NCBI GenBank assembly: GCA_050949045.1
Contig: JBMNEZ010000001.1
Location: 384,001 to 448,000, forward strand
From: Candidatus Izemoplasmatales bacterium
Lineage (GTDB): Bacteria > Bacillota_I > Bacilli_A > Izemoplasmatales > Hujiaoplasmataceae
DNA length: 64,000 nucleotides
Direction: 5' to 3'
The translations under genes were made by a program, and so were the position numbers. Shown here one piece after another: positions 10,024-21,304 of the stretch (positions are counted from its first letter, which is position 1; each line of letters opens with the position of its first letter). The notes below the pieces were generated by a model. It saw nothing but the letters and a program-made list of their open reading frames with translations, searched no databases and had not been told where the DNA came from.

Positions 10024-10644
10024 ATGATAGAAAACAATTTCTTTAAGCCGACTCCATTATACAAAGAATATCTGGTTCTTGATATGATTGAGAAACGACC
10101 AAACATTACTCAGCGCGTTATCAGCGAAGCGCTGGGTGTTTCTGTTTCAATGATTAATTATTATCTTGATGAATATGAAAAAAAGGGGTATATCAAAAGA
10201 AAGTACCATTCTACAAAATCTGTTGAATACAATATCACCAAAAAAGGTTTGGAACAAAGAAAACTGTTGAATATTAGATATTTGAAGTCATCGCACATGG
10301 TCTATTTATCGGCTAAAGACAATATCGTTGTTTTCCTAAAACAGATTGCCGACCGAGGATTTCACAAAATACTGTTGTATGGTGCTGGTGAAGTGGCCGA
10401 AATTATTCTCCAATCAATGAGTGATGATTTTTTTGTTCCTATATCGGTAATTGCTGTTATTGATGATGATTTAGATAAACAAGGAAAAAAGATTGTAGGG
10501 ATACCTATCATCAGCATTAATAACATTGGTGTATTCGAACATGACGGTATCTTAATATCAAGTTATACCCACCACCGTATCATAAGAAGCAAACTTCTTG
10601 AAATTGGTTATCCGGAAAAACAGATTATTGAGTTTTTTTCTTAG
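10024..10644 (+). CDS. MarR-like winged-helix EPS regulator with C-terminal Rossmann-like domain
   Basis: ITQRVISEALGVSVSMINYYL..GYI..YNITKKG, then ILLYGAGE..VIDDD. ATG 10024 follows GGGGAG. Confidence 0.8.
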   Translation: MIENNFFKPTPLYKEYLVLDMIEKRPNITQRVISEALGVSVSMINYYLDEYEKKGYIKRKYHSTKSVEYNITKKGLEQRKLLNIRYLKSSHMVYLSAKDNIVVFLKQIADRGFHKILLYGAGEVAEIILQSMSDDFFVPISVIAVIDDDLDKQGKKIVGIPIISINNIGVFEHDGILISSYTHHRIIRSKLLEIGYPEKQIIEFFS

Positions 10645-10656
10645 AAGGAGGAACAG

Positions 10657-11823
10657 ATGAAAGTTACAGTAATTGGCATCGGATATGTTGGTCTTTCGAT
10701 TGCAGTATTGCTCAGCCAGAAACATGAAGTTGTGGCCCTTGACATAATCAAGGAAAAAGTGGATTTGGTCAATCAAAGAAAATCACCGATCAGTGATCCT
10801 GAGATAGAGGAATACTTTAGAACTAAACAACTCAATCTCAAGGCTACATTATCTAAAGAAGAAGCTTATAAAAACGTTGATTTTGTAGTGGTTGCCACTC
10901 CAACTAATTATGATCCCAAGCTCAACTACTTTGACACTTCTTCAGTTGATTCGGTAATAAATGATGTTTCTGTTTATTCGCCAAAAGCGGGCATAGTCAT
11001 CAAATCGACGGTTCCAGTAGGCTATACACTGGAACAAAAAGAAAAACATCCAGATCTTTCCATCATGTTTTCTCCCGAATTTCTTAGGGAAGGCAAAGCA
11101 TTGTATGACAATCTCTACCCTTCAAGAGTTATTGTTGGAGATCATTCGGATTTAGCTAAAAGATTTGCTGGATTGTTGGTTGAAGCGTCTTTGAAGCCGA
11201 ATGTTCCGGTTCTGTACACCGGCTCCACAGAAGCGGAAGCAATCAAACTCTTCTCAAACACCTATCTGGCATTGAGAGTTGCTTTTTTCAATGAACTTGA
11301 TACCTATGCTGAGATTAGAAGCCTGAGTTCCAAAGAAATTATCGAAGGAGTCGGCCTCGATCCTCGAATTGGCAACCATTATAATAATCCCTCTTTTGGG
11401 TATGGGGGCTACTGCTTACCAAAAGATACAAAACAGCTGGTTGCTAATTATATGAATGTTCCACAAAACATAATGACCGCTGTTGTAGATGCAAATAGAA
11501 CGAGAAAAGACCATATCGCTGAAATGATCATAGCTAAGAATCCAAAGATTGTTGGCATATACAGATTAGTCATGAAAAGTAACTCTGATAATTATAGGCA
11601 TTCTTCTATCCAAGGAGTTATGAAAAGAATCAAAGCTAAGGGAATAGAAGTGGTAGTGTATGAGCCGGTTCTGAAGGAGTCAACATTCTTTGGTTCAAAA
11701 GTGATTCGAGACATCAATGAGTTTTTCAATATTTCTGAGTTAATTGTATCCAATCGTTTTTATAGAGAACTTGAACCTTACAAAAACAAAGTATATACTA
11801 GAGATTTGTATAATAGAGACTGA
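10657..11823 (+). CDS. ugd: UDP-glucose 6-dehydrogenase
   Basis: [41 protein letters not shown]. Confidence 0.95.
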   Translation: MKVTVIGIGYVGLSIAVLLSQKHEVVALDIIKEKVDLVNQRKSPISDPEIEEYFRTKQLNLKATLSKEEAYKNVDFVVVATPTNYDPKLNYFDTSSVDSVINDVSVYSPKAGIVIKSTVPVGYTLEQKEKHPDLSIMFSPEFLREGKALYDNLYPSRVIVGDHSDLAKRFAGLLVEASLKPNVPVLYTGSTEAEAIKLFSNTYLALRVAFFNELDTYAEIRSLSSKEIIEGVGLDPRIGNHYNNPSFGYGGYCLPKDTKQLVANYMNVPQNIMTAVVDANRTRKDHIAEMIIAKNPKIVGIYRLVMKSNSDNYRHSSIQGVMKRIKAKGIEVVVYEPVLKESTFFGSKVIRDINEFFNISELIVSNRFYRELEPYKNKVYTRDLYNRD

Positions 11824-12112
11824 ATTATACGAAATACGATTTTTAATGCATTTACATATACAAATATTGTTCCTAAAGGTTTTTAAAGTGGTAATATGTC
11901 ATTTTTCTGAGTCTAATTTTGCAAGAATTCAGTGTATTCAGTCTCTTGAAACTACTTGAAATGTATACTAGCATGTAAGTATTTCTATCTCAATTTTCTA
12001 GTTTAGAAGTGAGGTATTAAAATAAATATTCAAAATAATTGCTCTCAAAATTATATTCTTTAAGTTTTTAGAAACCCGAGTTCATTAATACAGATTTCGG
12101 AGGAATTCTAAA

Positions 12113-12754
12113 TTGATATATAGGTTTTTAAAATACTCTATGGACTTTATAATATCTTTTATTGGAGTTATTGTTTTACTGCCAGTATTTATCATTATAT
12201 CTATTCTTATTAAAATAACCTCAAAAGGCCCAGTTCTGTTTAAGCAAAAGCGGGTAGGAATTAGAAAAAAACTCTTCACCATTTACAAGTTTAGAACAAT
12301 GAGAATTGATACTCCTCGAAACATACCAACACATCTTTTGGATAACCCGGAAAAATATATAACGAATATTGGTAAATTTTTAAGAAAAACATCCTTAGAT
12401 GAAATACCACAGATATTTAATATTCTGTTTGGGAAAATGAGCATAATTGGACCAAGACCAGCGTTATGGAATCAATATGACTTAATTCTTGAAAGGGATA
12501 AATATGATGTCCATAAAGTTAGACCCGGTTTATCTGGACTCGCCCAGGTCAGTGGAAGGGATACTCTTTCAATACCTGATAAAGCTAGGTTAGATGGAGA
12601 ATATGTTGCAAAGCAAAACTTATTACTTGATATATCTATCTTCTTAAAAACAATCAAAAATATCTTGGTATCTGATAGTGTTGTCGAGGGGGGAACCGGA
12701 ACCATTACTAAGCAAAGAGAAGAGATGTCAACCCAGTTTAAGGAGAATTCATAA
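12113..12754 (+). CDS. Priming (initiating) sugar-phosphate transferase
   Basis: FKQKRVG, YKFRTM, FLRKTSLDEIPQ, MSIIGPRP, RPGLSGLAQVSGR. Confidence 0.9.
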   Translation: MIYRFLKYSMDFIISFIGVIVLLPVFIIISILIKITSKGPVLFKQKRVGIRKKLFTIYKFRTMRIDTPRNIPTHLLDNPEKYITNIGKFLRKTSLDEIPQIFNILFGKMSIIGPRPALWNQYDLILERDKYDVHKVRPGLSGLAQVSGRDTLSIPDKARLDGEYVAKQNLLLDISIFLKTIKNILVSDSVVEGGTGTITKQREEMSTQFKENS

Positions 12755-13635
12755 TGAAAAGAATATTGATTACTGGAGCGAACAGTTATATTGGTACAAG
12801 TTTAAAAAAATGGTTGATGAAAGAACCAGAAAAATACTATGTTGATACTCTTGATATGACCAATCCAACTTGGAAAGAAAAGAATTTTTCTTTCTTTGAT
12901 GTTGTTTTTCATGTAGCTGGAATTGCACATGTAAGTTCTAAAAAAAAGAAGGCCTCTTTGTATTTTAAGATAAATCGAGATTTAGCAATTCATACAGCAA
13001 TTAAAGCGAAAGAAGAAGGGGTCAACCAATTCATTTTTGTGAGTTCTATAATTATTTATGGTAAAGACAACAAAATTGGTGATTATTCTCATATTAATAC
13101 TGACAAGTTTTTACCAGAAAATGCATATGGTCAAAGCAAATATGAAGCTGATCAAGTGATTCAACAATATTCTAGTCCTTACTTCATTACTTCTATAATA
13201 AGATCACCAATGGTATATGGACCTGGATGTAAAGGCAATTTCCTTAAACTTGTTAAAGCGGCAATGAAATTACCTATTATTCCAAACATATACAATCAAA
13301 GAAGTATGATATATATTGACAATTTATGTGAATTAGTTCGTTTAATAATAGATTATAATGAAGGGGGGGTTTTCTACCCTCAAAATTCTGAATATGTTTC
13401 AACAACAAAATTGATTGAGGATATTAGACATATAAGAGGGAAAAAAATCAAAAAGTCAAAAATACTTGTTCCTATTTTTCGTTTCCTATCTTTGGTTTTT
13501 CCGGTTATTAACAAAATATTCGGGAATAAAACATATATTAATGAATTATCACAACATTTTCATAATAACTACATATTATATAACTATAATGAATCGCTTA
13601 TTATGACTATGGAATCAATTAATCAGAATAATTGA
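12754..13635 (+). CDS. NAD-dependent nucleotide-sugar epimerase/dehydratase
   Basis: ILITGANSYIG, YGQSK catalytic motif, RSPMVYGPG. Confidence 0.9.
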   Translation: MKRILITGANSYIGTSLKKWLMKEPEKYYVDTLDMTNPTWKEKNFSFFDVVFHVAGIAHVSSKKKKASLYFKINRDLAIHTAIKAKEEGVNQFIFVSSIIIYGKDNKIGDYSHINTDKFLPENAYGQSKYEADQVIQQYSSPYFITSIIRSPMVYGPGCKGNFLKLVKAAMKLPIIPNIYNQRSMIYIDNLCELVRLIIDYNEGGVFYPQNSEYVSTTKLIEDIRHIRGKKIKKSKILVPIFRFLSLVFPVINKIFGNKTYINELSQHFHNNYILYNYNESLIMTMESINQNN

Positions 13636-13715
13636 TGAAGACATAATCATTGATTCTCTAATGTGAAACACAGAGTTTTTCTTAATTAGTTTGACTGTAT
13701 TTGGGAGATATTTGT

Positions 13716-14180
13716 ATGAAAAAAAAGTCAAATTCCACTAAGATTTGTATGATATCTTCTTCTGGAGGGCATTTTGAACAGCTGAGGATGTTATCTTCCT
13801 TGAGTGACAACTATCAATGCATTTGGGTTACAGAAAAGACAAAGTACTCAATGAAAGCTGACTACTATTTGTTACAAACAGGTTTAAAAGACTGGTTGTT
13901 CATCTTCAAGATGATAATTAACACAGTAAAAAGTTTTTTTATTTGGATTAGAGAAAGACCAAAATACGTTATCACTACAGGAACTGCTGTAGCTATCCCA
14001 ATGGTTTTTATTGCAAAAATATTTCGCAAAAAGACAATATTCATAGAAACCTTCGCACGCTTACATGATGCGACTAAGACTGGGAAATTGTTATATGGAC
14101 GAGTCGACCTTTTTATAATCCAATGGGAGTCATTAAAAAAAATATATCCAGAAGCTGTATTTGGGGGGAGTATATATTGA
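13716..14180 (+). CDS. PssD/Cps14F-like (Alg14-like) glycosyltransferase subunit
   Basis: SSSGGHFEQL, ITTG, FIETFAR, FIIQW. ATG 13716 follows GGGAG. Confidence 0.85.
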   Translation: MKKKSNSTKICMISSSGGHFEQLRMLSSLSDNYQCIWVTEKTKYSMKADYYLLQTGLKDWLFIFKMIINTVKSFFIWIRERPKYVITTGTAVAIPMVFIAKIFRKKTIFIETFARLHDATKTGKLLYGRVDLFIIQWESLKKIYPEAVFGGSIY

Positions 14181-14665
14181 TATTTGTATCTGTGGGATCA
14201 AGAGAATATCAATTTGATCGACTAATACACAAAATAGATTGCCTTGTTGATTCGGGAGAATTATCCGATAAAGTATTTGCCCAAATTGGTAATTCTAATT
14301 ATATTCCAAAAAAAATTGATTACACGAGATTTTTAGATAACGATCAATTCTCAAAAGCACAGGATATGGCAAATATTATCATTTCTCATGGTGGTACCGG
14401 TGCATTGGTTTCAGCCCTAAAAAAAGATAAAAAGGTAATCGCAGTACCGAGACTTTCCGCTTTCAAAGAGCATGCTGATGATCACCAAATGCAGATAGTT
14501 GATTTATTTGAAAAAGAAGGGTATGTAATAAAAGTTGTTGATATTGAATTGCTGATTGAAGCTATTGAAAAATGTAAAAGCGGAGGTTTCACCCCCAAAA
14601 GGTTTTCAAAATATAGCAATATTGAACAAATAATTCGTGACTTCATTATAAGCAGAGGTGATTAA
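14177..14665 (+). CDS. PssE/Cps14G-like (Alg13-like) glycosyltransferase subunit
   Basis: IFVSVGS..QFDRL, ISHGGTG, VPRL...EHADDHQ. TTG start overlaps the upstream stop. Confidence 0.85.
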   Translation: MIFVSVGSREYQFDRLIHKIDCLVDSGELSDKVFAQIGNSNYIPKKIDYTRFLDNDQFSKAQDMANIIISHGGTGALVSALKKDKKVIAVPRLSAFKEHADDHQMQIVDLFEKEGYVIKVVDIELLIEAIEKCKSGGFTPKRFSKYSNIEQIIRDFIISRGD

Positions 14666-15549
14666 AGTGAATTATAGAATAAAAAATCTTTTACTATTAC
14701 CTTTTCGATTTTTACAGAAGATTTGTCCGAAAATTAACCTGAAACCTCTTTATCAATTGAAAACAGGAAAAAAACTTAATCTTCATAATCTTATACTGTA
14801 TAATGAGAAAATTCAATGGATCAAATTATACGCCAGAAATCCTCTGATGCCTATTTGCGCAGATAAGTATCTTGTTCGTGAATAAGTATTGAACAAAGGC
14901 TTAGACAGAATATTAAACACATTGTATTGGCAATGATATGGTTCTAATCATATTCCCTTTGATCTTCTTCCAAATGAGTTCGTCATAAAAATGATCCATG
15001 GTTTAGGGATGAACATTATTTGTACTGATAAAAGCAAACTAAATATTGATAAAGTTAAGAAAACACTAAGAATGTGGCTAAGAACAAAATATTTGCCAGC
15101 CTATGGAGAATGGTTCTAACAATGATCACAAGCCGAGAATTGTAATTGAAAAGTACCTATCTAATTGTGACGGTAAGAATTTATATGGCTACAAACTGTT
15201 TTGTTTTCACGGTAAGGTAAAATTAATTTATATTGATACATGGAAAAACGGCAGTTTCTCTATGAATGTTTATGATAACAACTTTAATTTATTAGAAAAC
15301 GTTAATATGGGTTTTCCTAATGATAATTCAGTGAAGATCAAGAAGCCAGACTAGTTTGAAGAATTAGTGAAATATGTTTAAGTATTTTCTAAAGATTTTA
15401 TGCATGTGAGAATAGATTTTTATGTTGTTCAAAATCGAGTAGTATTTGGCGAATTGAGTTTTTCCAAAGGAGCTGGATTTGACAAAACAAGTCCAAACGA
15501 ATTAAATATTCATATGAGTAGTTGGCTCAAACTTCCAAATAAAAAATAA
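14658..15549 (+). pseudogene. Degraded TupA-like ATP-grasp gene
   Basis: Motifs EKIQWIKLY, ADKYLVRE, LPNEFVIK..HG, KPRIVIEK, YKLFCFHG, VRIDFY..FGEL. Interrupted by stops at 14883, 14934, 15117, 15352 and 15379, plus a frameshift near 15118. Confidence 0.9.
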
Positions 15550-15587
15550 AAACGTTATGGCACCATAATATTGGGGAGAATTATTTA

Positions 15588-16745
15588 ATGATAAAAAGAA
15601 TTGTTGTAATAACGAATAAGTATCCAAATAAATATGAAAAGAACGTATTGGTTTTTCTTCAACAACTTGTATGGCAATTTGCTGATATGGGAATTGCTTG
15701 TACGGTTATTTCTCCAGTTCCAGTTAATATTAAGCCCCAGTATATATGTTTGCCTTTTCACTCGAATGAATATACCGAAAACGGGGCTTTGATAGATGTA
15801 TACTATCCAAAATATATAGGTTTTGGCCAAACAAAAGTATTTGGGATTAACCCGACTAAGTTGACAACTAGTTTGTTTTCGTGGTCAGTAAAAAAGACGA
15901 TAAAAAAAATAAACATTATTCCAGATCTGTTCTATAGCCATTTTGTTACTCCTGCCGGCATATGCGCATCTAGGTTAAGCAAAAAATATGGAATAACTGC
16001 AGTTATGGCCTATGGCGAATCTACACCGATGACGATACAACATTATGGGGAGAAAACTATTTCAAAAGCATTAGAGTACTTATCAGGAATAATTGCGGTT
16101 TCATCTAAAAACAAAAGAATTTTACTTGATTATGGTATTCTTGATGAAAATCGAATTGTTGTAATCCCTAATGGATATAGAAAAGAAAGATTTTTCCCGA
16201 GGGACAAACGAGCGTCAAGGAAGAATTTTTTATTTCCAGAAGACAAGTTCATTGTGTCCTTTGTCGGGAGTTTCGATGAAAGAAAAGGAATTAAAAGGCT
16301 AGAAGAGGCGGTTGATAGATTAGATGATGTATATTTCATCTGTGCAGGAAAAGGGAAACTATCCCCCTCTTCAAAAAAGTGTTTGTTTGCGGGCGAAGTT
16401 GATAACGCTATTTTGCCTTATTTCTATAGTTCATCAGATGTTTTTGTTCTTCCTACTCTGAATGAAGGGTGTTGTAATGCTATTATTGAAGCTATGGCAT
16501 GCGGATTACCAATAATCTCATCAAATATGAGTTTTAATGATGAATTGTTGAATGAAGATAATTCAATTCGTATAAACCCTAACAATGTATGTGAAATTAT
16601 TAATGCAATTAAAGTCATTAAGGATAACAGTAATTTAAGATTAAAAATGTCTAATGCTAGTCTGCAAAAAGCAAAACAGTTGTCTTTACAGAAAAGAGCA
16701 CAATCAATAATTAGTTTTTTTGATCAAGTGATAAAAAATAAATAA
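15588..16745 (+). CDS. GT4-family glycosyltransferase
   Basis: VIPNG, FVGSFDERKG, SDVFVLPTLNEGCCNAIIEAMACGLP. Confidence 0.9.
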   Translation: MIKRIVVITNKYPNKYEKNVLVFLQQLVWQFADMGIACTVISPVPVNIKPQYICLPFHSNEYTENGALIDVYYPKYIGFGQTKVFGINPTKLTTSLFSWSVKKTIKKINIIPDLFYSHFVTPAGICASRLSKKYGITAVMAYGESTPMTIQHYGEKTISKALEYLSGIIAVSSKNKRILLDYGILDENRIVVIPNGYRKERFFPRDKRASRKNFLFPEDKFIVSFVGSFDERKGIKRLEEAVDRLDDVYFICAGKGKLSPSSKKCLFAGEVDNAILPYFYSSSDVFVLPTLNEGCCNAIIEAMACGLPIISSNMSFNDELLNEDNSIRINPNNVCEIINAIKVIKDNSNLRLKMSNASLQKAKQLSLQKRAQSIISFFDQVIKNK

Positions 16746-16755
16746 TGGGGGCTCA

Positions 16756-17958
16756 TTGTTGAAAAAGATTAATGTAATTGATATTTCTGCAACTCTAATG
16801 ATAGCTTTCATATTTGCTTTTTATGATTATACTGTCTTGGCAGTTATATTTCAGATTGTTTTCATTTCACTTGTAACTATCAAGACAATATATTACAAGA
16901 GAAAATTACCATTATTATATATTAGTTGGTGGATATTATTTATTGTTTGGTGTGCTACTTCGGTTTTATGGGCGAAGCATACTGAAACATTCCTTTCAGT
17001 TTTGATTTCAGTAATTCAAGTTGCTACGATTGGAATCTCCATTGTGTTATATGCAGATAGCGATTTTAAAATTAACCACCTAATTTTTTCAATGGTTGTA
17101 AGTGGCGTATTACTGTGTGTTAGGTTTTTTATTAATGTTCCAATATCCTTATGGGGTGATGAACAGCGTTTGAAGGGATTCATATCATTTTATTCAAATA
17201 CTGGACCGATGATGCTTTCGTTTGTATCAGTTATTCTTTTTAACAAATATCTCCAAAGAAAGAATATATGGTTTATAGGCATTATAACTATTTTTTTCTT
17301 CGTAATGATTCTATATGGAACAAGAAAAGCATTAATAATTTTTTTGTTTGGAATCATTGTTCAAACTCTATTATCAGCAAAGAGATTAGTAAAGACAATA
17401 ACATATACTATATTTATAGTTTTAGGAGTTATATCGCTGTATTATGCTTTATTATCAATTCCGCTTCTTTATGGAGCAATAGGATATCGAATTGAAGGAA
17501 TGATGAACTCTATACAAGGCCAAGTTGGAGATGCATCAACAAAAGCAAGATTGCTATTTATTGATTATGCAAAAAAATTGTTCTTAGAATCGCCTTATAT
17601 TGGTGTTGGACTTGATGGTTTTCGGTACTATAATATTCATGAGATGACATATTCTCATAATAATTATTATGAACTTTTGTGTAACACCGGTATTATTGGA
17701 CTTCTTCTATATTATTGGTTTTATTTCGTGATGATATTAAAGTTATTGCCGTGTGTAAGAAAGAGCAACAACTGCCTATTAGCTTTTACAATTATTACAT
17801 GCTACATAATTATAGACTATTTTAATGTGTCATATTTTGAAGAACTTGCTCATGTCATTATCTCTTTTTCGTATGCGTTGATTCGATTAGAAAAATCTAA
17901 AGTTGTGAATATATCTGAGTTTGGCCAACTTGTTAAAATGAAACCTATATACAATTAA
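16756..17958 (+). CDS. Wzy-like polymerase (O-antigen ligase family)
   Basis: Multi-TM protein; YGTRKA, AR..., GVG, YSHNNYYELL..TGIIG. Position inside a Wzx cluster. Confidence 0.7.
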   Translation: MLKKINVIDISATLMIAFIFAFYDYTVLAVIFQIVFISLVTIKTIYYKRKLPLLYISWWILFIVWCATSVLWAKHTETFLSVLISVIQVATIGISIVLYADSDFKINHLIFSMVVSGVLLCVRFFINVPISLWGDEQRLKGFISFYSNTGPMMLSFVSVILFNKYLQRKNIWFIGIITIFFFVMILYGTRKALIIFLFGIIVQTLLSAKRLVKTITYTIFIVLGVISLYYALLSIPLLYGAIGYRIEGMMNSIQGQVGDASTKARLLFIDYAKKLFLESPYIGVGLDGFRYYNIHEMTYSHNNYYELLCNTGIIGLLLYYWFYFVMILKLLPCVRKSNNCLLAFTIITCYIIIDYFNVSYFEELAHVIISFSYALIRLEKSKVVNISEFGQLVKMKPIYN

Positions 17959-17973
17959 ATACATATACAAGTC

Positions 17974-18927
17974 TTGGAAGGAGGGCTATTTGTGTTTAAA
18001 AAAATTAAATATTACATCAATAATTTAGGGAAAGCAGTTTGCCTACTTGGTTATCACAAGTTCTTTTTTTGGCTTTCGGATCGAGCATTTATTAAATTGG
18101 TTTGGAGATTAAGATATCATACAAAACTTAATTTATCAGCGCCAACGGGGTATGCTGAAAAAATACAATGGTTGAAATTATATGATCATAACCCGATATA
18201 TCCTGTTCTTGTTGATAAGTTAAGTGTGAGAGACTATATTGCTGATTTGATTGGAAGCAAGTATTTGATCCCTCTTCATTCAGTTTTTGATTCTGTCAAA
18301 TCAATTGATTGGGAGAGTCTACCTAATAAATTTGTGATGAAATGTACTCACGATTCTGGATATGTTTTGGTGTGCAAAGATAAAACAGTTATGAATATTA
18401 AGTTAAAATCAAAGGAGTTAAGTAAGAGATATAGACGCAGTATATATTGGTACGGAAGAGAATGGCAATACAAACATCTTAAACCAAAAATATTAGTTGA
18501 ACAACTGATTGAAAGCAATTCTGAATATGGCTTAATTGATTACAAAGTATTTTGCTTTAACGGAAAAGCTAAGTTAATACAAGTTCATACAGGTAGATTC
18601 ACCAACCACATTCAGCAGTTCTATGATCTGGAATGGAATTTAACGGATATATCACACATTGACATCCCTTCAACAAATGAATATACTGTAGAGAAACCAG
18701 ATTGTTATAACGAAATGATTGAACTGTCCGAAAAGTTATCTCAAGTTACATGTCATGCTCGAATTGACTGGTATTATGCTCAAGGGAAATTGTATTTTAG
18801 TGAATTTACATTTTATGATGGGTCTGGATTTGTCTCTTTTTCTAATCCAGAGCACGACTTGCTCTTAGGAAGTTGGATAGATTTATCGAAAGTGATTAGA
18901 AAGGAGAAAAACATAAAAATAAAATGA
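17974..18927 (+). CDS. TupA-like ATP-grasp amidoligase (intact)
   Basis: EKIQWLKLYD, VDKLSVRDY, LPNKFVMKCTHDSG, DYKVFCFNG, RIDWY..YFSEFTFY. True start may be GTG 17992. Confidence 0.85.
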   Translation: MEGGLFVFKKIKYYINNLGKAVCLLGYHKFFFWLSDRAFIKLVWRLRYHTKLNLSAPTGYAEKIQWLKLYDHNPIYPVLVDKLSVRDYIADLIGSKYLIPLHSVFDSVKSIDWESLPNKFVMKCTHDSGYVLVCKDKTVMNIKLKSKELSKRYRRSIYWYGREWQYKHLKPKILVEQLIESNSEYGLIDYKVFCFNGKAKLIQVHTGRFTNHIQQFYDLEWNLTDISHIDIPSTNEYTVEKPDCYNEMIELSEKLSQVTCHARIDWYYAQGKLYFSEFTFYDGSGFVSFSNPEHDLLLGSWIDLSKVIRKEKNIKIK

Positions 18928-20102
18928 AAAAAATTGGGTTGTGTATTTGTTACAATGTACATAATTATGGAAGTGTCTTGCAGGCGTTAGCAACAGTTAA
19001 AATAATAGAACAACTGGGATACGAGTATGAAATAATTGGATACATAAAAAAAAGGAGTATTTTTTATTATATAAAAAAGGCACCTTTATTATTATCTAAA
19101 ACCTTTTATTATGTATTGAAAAGAAAAATTTCAATAATAAAACAGGCAAGAAAAAGTAACGAATATAAAGCAAACTTAAGATTACGAAAAAAAATATTTA
19201 ATGAATTTTCAAAAGAGCATTTTGTTGAAAATGTAAAAAAGTACATTGGTTATAGCGAATTAAAAAGAGGTTCTTCAAATTATTATGCCATTATTGTTGG
19301 AAGTGATCAACTGTGGAATCCTATGGGTTTTTCCACGAATTTTTATAATCTAATGTTTGTTAAGGATGAAGTGAAAAAAATTTCATATGCTACAAGTTTT
19401 GGAATTTCGCATATTCCAATTTTTTATAGAACAAAAGCACGTAAATTCATATCTAGAATAGATCATCTTAGTGTTAGAGAAATTGAAGCTAAGAACATTA
19501 TTGCTCAACTTGTGCCAAGAAAAAAGGTATTTGTAGCTGCCGACCCAACTCTGTTGTTTAATAGAGAACAATGGGAAGTATTAATTCCGCAAAAAAACGA
19601 AGTTATTGATGAATACATTTTTTGTTATTTTTTAGGAACCTCACTTGAGAGTCGAAATGCGGCAAATGAATTAAGTGATTATTTAGGGCTCAAAATAGTT
19701 ACTATAAAACATGAAGATGAGTATTTTGCTCCGGATGACTCCTTTGGTGATTATTCGCCTAATGGATTGTCGCCGAATGATTTTGTCAATTATATTAGGA
19801 ATGCGAAATACATCTTAACGGATTCATACCATGGGACAATTTTCTCAATCATTAATCATAAGAAGTTTTTGACATTTTATCGTTTTAAACAAAACGACAA
19901 AAACTCCCGAAATTCAAGAATAGATAGTTTGCTAAATATTCTTGGGTTGCAAAACAGATTGTTTACACAAGAAAGTAATGTTAGAACAATAATGGAAGAA
20001 ATAAATTATGATGAAATTGATAAAAGAGTCAACGTTTTTAGAAATGAATCCATAGATTTTCTTAAAGATGCTTTAGAAAATTGTGAGAAAGATCATGATT
20101 GA
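18924..20102 (+). CDS. Polysaccharide pyruvyl transferase family protein
   Basis: NYGSVLQA, IVGSDQLW, ISYATSFG, LSVRE, DPTLL, TDSYHG. Confidence 0.9.
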   Translation: MKKIGLCICYNVHNYGSVLQALATVKIIEQLGYEYEIIGYIKKRSIFYYIKKAPLLLSKTFYYVLKRKISIIKQARKSNEYKANLRLRKKIFNEFSKEHFVENVKKYIGYSELKRGSSNYYAIIVGSDQLWNPMGFSTNFYNLMFVKDEVKKISYATSFGISHIPIFYRTKARKFISRIDHLSVREIEAKNIIAQLVPRKKVFVAADPTLLFNREQWEVLIPQKNEVIDEYIFCYFLGTSLESRNAANELSDYLGLKIVTIKHEDEYFAPDDSFGDYSPNGLSPNDFVNYIRNAKYILTDSYHGTIFSIINHKKFLTFYRFKQNDKNSRNSRIDSLLNILGLQNRLFTQESNVRTIMEEINYDEIDKRVNVFRNESIDFLKDALENCEKDHD

Positions 20103-21285
20103 TAAAGTCGTTTCTAGATCTGAATGTACTGGCTGTACAGCTTGTTTCAATAATTGTCCCAAGAATTGTATTTCAATGATTGAAGATAAAGAAGGGTTCT
20201 TGAACCCCAAAATCAACTATGATGAATGCATTAGGTGTGGAAAATGTGTCAAAGTGTGCCCAGTTGTAAATTATGAGTTGGATAATAATGAAGACACTAA
20301 AGTGTTTGGCGTTCAAAACAAATCCATACATGAGAGAATGATTAGTTCTTCAGGAGGTTTTTTTTCAGTATTAGCAAATGAGGTTCTTAAAAAAAATGGA
20401 ATTGTAATTGGAGCTGGGTTTGATAATCATTTTCGGGTCTATCACAAAATTGTATCTAGTTTTGAAGAATGGAACTTAACTGATTTACGAGGTTCAAAAT
20501 ATGTTCAGAGTGATTTGGGGATAGTATTTCGGTTGGCAAAGGAAGCACTGCTTAATGACCGCTATGTATTATTTGTTGGAACTCCATGTCAAGTTGCGGG
20601 AATATCAAACTATATGATTAAAAAATATGATAAACTCATACTTGTTGATTTAGCCTGTTATGGGGTGCCTTCTCCAAAAGTATTTAAAAAATATATAAGT
20701 TATTGTGAAGAAAAATACAAATCTAAAATTTACAAAGTTGACTTTCGTGACAAGACATATGGCTACTCTTCACCCAATTTAAAATTGTATTTCTTAAACG
20801 GTAAAATAAAACAACAGAATTACACAGTGAAATCTTATCAACGAGCTTTTTTCAATGGGATTAGCATTCGCTCCTCTTGTTATAACTGTAAATTTAAATC
20901 TGTTCAAAGACTTTCCGATTTCACTTTGGCTGATTGTTGGAGTATTGGGAAATTTTATAAAGAAATGGATGATAATATTGGAACTACGGCTGTATATGTT
21001 CATTCAAAAAAAGGATTAAGCATACTAGAACAATTGGAACATGCTTGTTTGTTTCAGAAATTGAATGTTGAAGAATGCATATCAACGGATGGAATCAAGA
21101 TGATATCTTGTGCAAAAGCCCATCCAAATCGAACTAAATTTTTCGATGATATTGATAAATTATCGTACAAAAAAATTATGAAAAAATATTTGCCACAATC
21201 GTTAAAAAGCAGACTTGGAAGTGTTATCAAATATATTTTATTAAAATTAAAATTACAAAAAATCTTCAGATTTTTTGTGAAATAA
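20095..21285 (+). CDS. FrhB/FdhB-like (coenzyme F420 hydrogenase beta-type) Fe-S protein
   Basis: Two ferredoxin motifs CTGCTACFNNCP and CIRCGKCVKVCP; SSSGG, GSKYVQS, GTPCQV, C.GVPSP, RSSCYNC. Confidence 0.85.
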   Translation: MIDKVVSRSECTGCTACFNNCPKNCISMIEDKEGFLNPKINYDECIRCGKCVKVCPVVNYELDNNEDTKVFGVQNKSIHERMISSSGGFFSVLANEVLKKNGIVIGAGFDNHFRVYHKIVSSFEEWNLTDLRGSKYVQSDLGIVFRLAKEALLNDRYVLFVGTPCQVAGISNYMIKKYDKLILVDLACYGVPSPKVFKKYISYCEEKYKSKIYKVDFRDKTYGYSSPNLKLYFLNGKIKQQNYTVKSYQRAFFNGISIRSSCYNCKFKSVQRLSDFTLADCWSIGKFYKEMDDNIGTTAVYVHSKKGLSILEQLEHACLFQKLNVEECISTDGIKMISCAKAHPNRTKFFDDIDKLSYKKIMKKYLPQSLKSRLGSVIKYILLKLKLQKIFRFFVK

Positions 21286-21304
21286 TTGCAATGAGGATAT
21301 TCTG

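Noticed and set aside
14934..14936. TGA-as-Trp recoding (genetic code 4)
   Set aside because: The same pseudogene also has TAA/TAG stops and a frameshift. Intact genes use TGG for Trp and many end in TGA, several with ATGA overlaps.
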